Shown: positions 51,675 through 52,405 of the stretch, piece after piece | How the letters are laid out: each line of letters starts with the position of its first letter | Position numbering within the stretch: the first letter of the stretch is position 1 | Assembly: GCA_046080385.1 (NCBI GenBank) | Contig: JBJTTW010000130.1 | Location: 1-52,405, forward strand | Direction of reading: 5' to 3' | DNA length: 52,405 nucleotides | Source: a bacterium | GTDB taxonomy: Bacteria; Cyanobacteriota; Vampirovibrionia; LMEP-6097 | Program-made: the position numbers and the translations under genes | The notes under the pieces: model-generated | Databases searched by the model: none | What the model was told of the DNA's origin: nothing | What the model saw: only the letters and a program-made list of their open reading frames with translations

Positions 51675-52295
51675 ATGAGGGTCCCTGCAAACGGTAAAGA
51701 ATACTTCATTAACCCTTTAGCTTTAGGTGCGAGAGAAGATGATGTTAAGCCTTCCAATCTTACCACAGAGAATCCTGCTTATCCTCCTCTTCATAGAGCT
51801 AATATTGGTTCGGCAATAATTTTACTTCAGGATTATCTGAAGCAAGTTCAGAGCTACGACAATAATTTCCATGGGAGAAGCCAGGGCGATCCTAGAAAAA
51901 CTCACATCATGACTCCTCTAGAGTCATTGGTATTTGATTATTCTTTTTCAAAAGGTCTACCTTTAAGATACTTACCAGAAATTTCTCCGACTGCCGCTCA
52001 TATTGAAAATACTTTACCTGGCTATAAAAGATTTCTTGATAATTTATTGAAAGAAGCAGCAGCGAAAGGCTTGCGATTAGAGCTAAGTGATATTTCAATT
52101 AATAAATCCGACGATCCAACTCAAAGAATCAAAAAAACAGAAAACATTCATGAACTCAGAGAAATACTAGGTTTACCTAACTGGATTCAGCTTGAGCTTA
52201 TGGTAAGTGTCATTGATACCGCAGGAAAATTAAGACAGGGTAAACCAGGATTTTATGAGCGAATAGTAAAGTGGACTGAAAAATTAAACCAATAA
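51675..52295 (+). CDS. Hypothetical protein
   Basis: 206-aa ORF after tRNA-fMet, no recognised motif. Confidence 0.55.
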   Translation: MRVPANGKEYFINPLALGAREDDVKPSNLTTENPAYPPLHRANIGSAIILLQDYLKQVQSYDNNFHGRSQGDPRKTHIMTPLESLVFDYSFSKGLPLRYLPEISPTAAHIENTLPGYKRFLDNLLKEAAAKGLRLELSDISINKSDDPTQRIKKTENIHELREILGLPNWIQLELMVSVIDTAGKLRQGKPGFYERIVKWTEKLNQ

Positions 52296-52405
52296 TTAGG
52301 AAAAGTAGAAGGGAATTTTTTAACTACAACTAATATTTTTATCACAGATTATTGACACATAGTATTTTTTCGTAAGAAAAAATACTATGTGCTGTTTAAT
52401 ACTCC

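Noticed and set aside
52356-52391. 15-bp inverted repeat CACATAGTATTTTTT/AAAAAATACTATGTG overlapping a TTGACA
   Set aside because: At the window edge with no matching -10 at proper spacing; cannot tell terminator from operator.

Overview
AT-rich bacterial chromosome segment made mostly of housekeeping genes (fabH, proS, gyrB, murG, glmU, argS, pyrC, rsmG, recF, argB, rnc, accB, efp, glyA, murA, hemN, rpsO, pnp, thyX, atpB). It also carries tRNA-Asp, tRNA-fMet and a stand-alone 5S rRNA. Cyanobacteria-like proteins and gene order (efp-accB, argB, murA) with no photosynthesis genes in the window suggest a non-photosynthetic cyanobacterial relative (Melainabacteria/Vampirovibrionia); this placement is inference only. 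Two things stand out. (1) A two-gene RiPP locus at 1415-3594: an ATP-grasp ligase next to a 350-aa precursor with 13 tandem TTQALGEE-type cores (plesiocin-class graspetide motif TTxxxxEE) and an unusually long leader containing EF-hand-like loops. (2) A family of roughly 121-bp palindromic repeats with interchangeable ends. Copies sit between genes, nest inside one another, supply stop codons and an RBS/start, and have inserted in frame into at least six proteins (MurG, ArgS, RsmG, HemN, a permease, a hypothetical protein), always read as the same acidic peptide EDDENAEIGV. This parallels Rickettsia palindromic elements. Other points are an ApaG-HspQ fusion, an integrase-less tRNA-Asp islet with a PD-(D/E)xK-like gene and an MNT-HepT pair, and an orphan atpB. 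All calls come from reading the sequence and recalling motifs; no database search was run.
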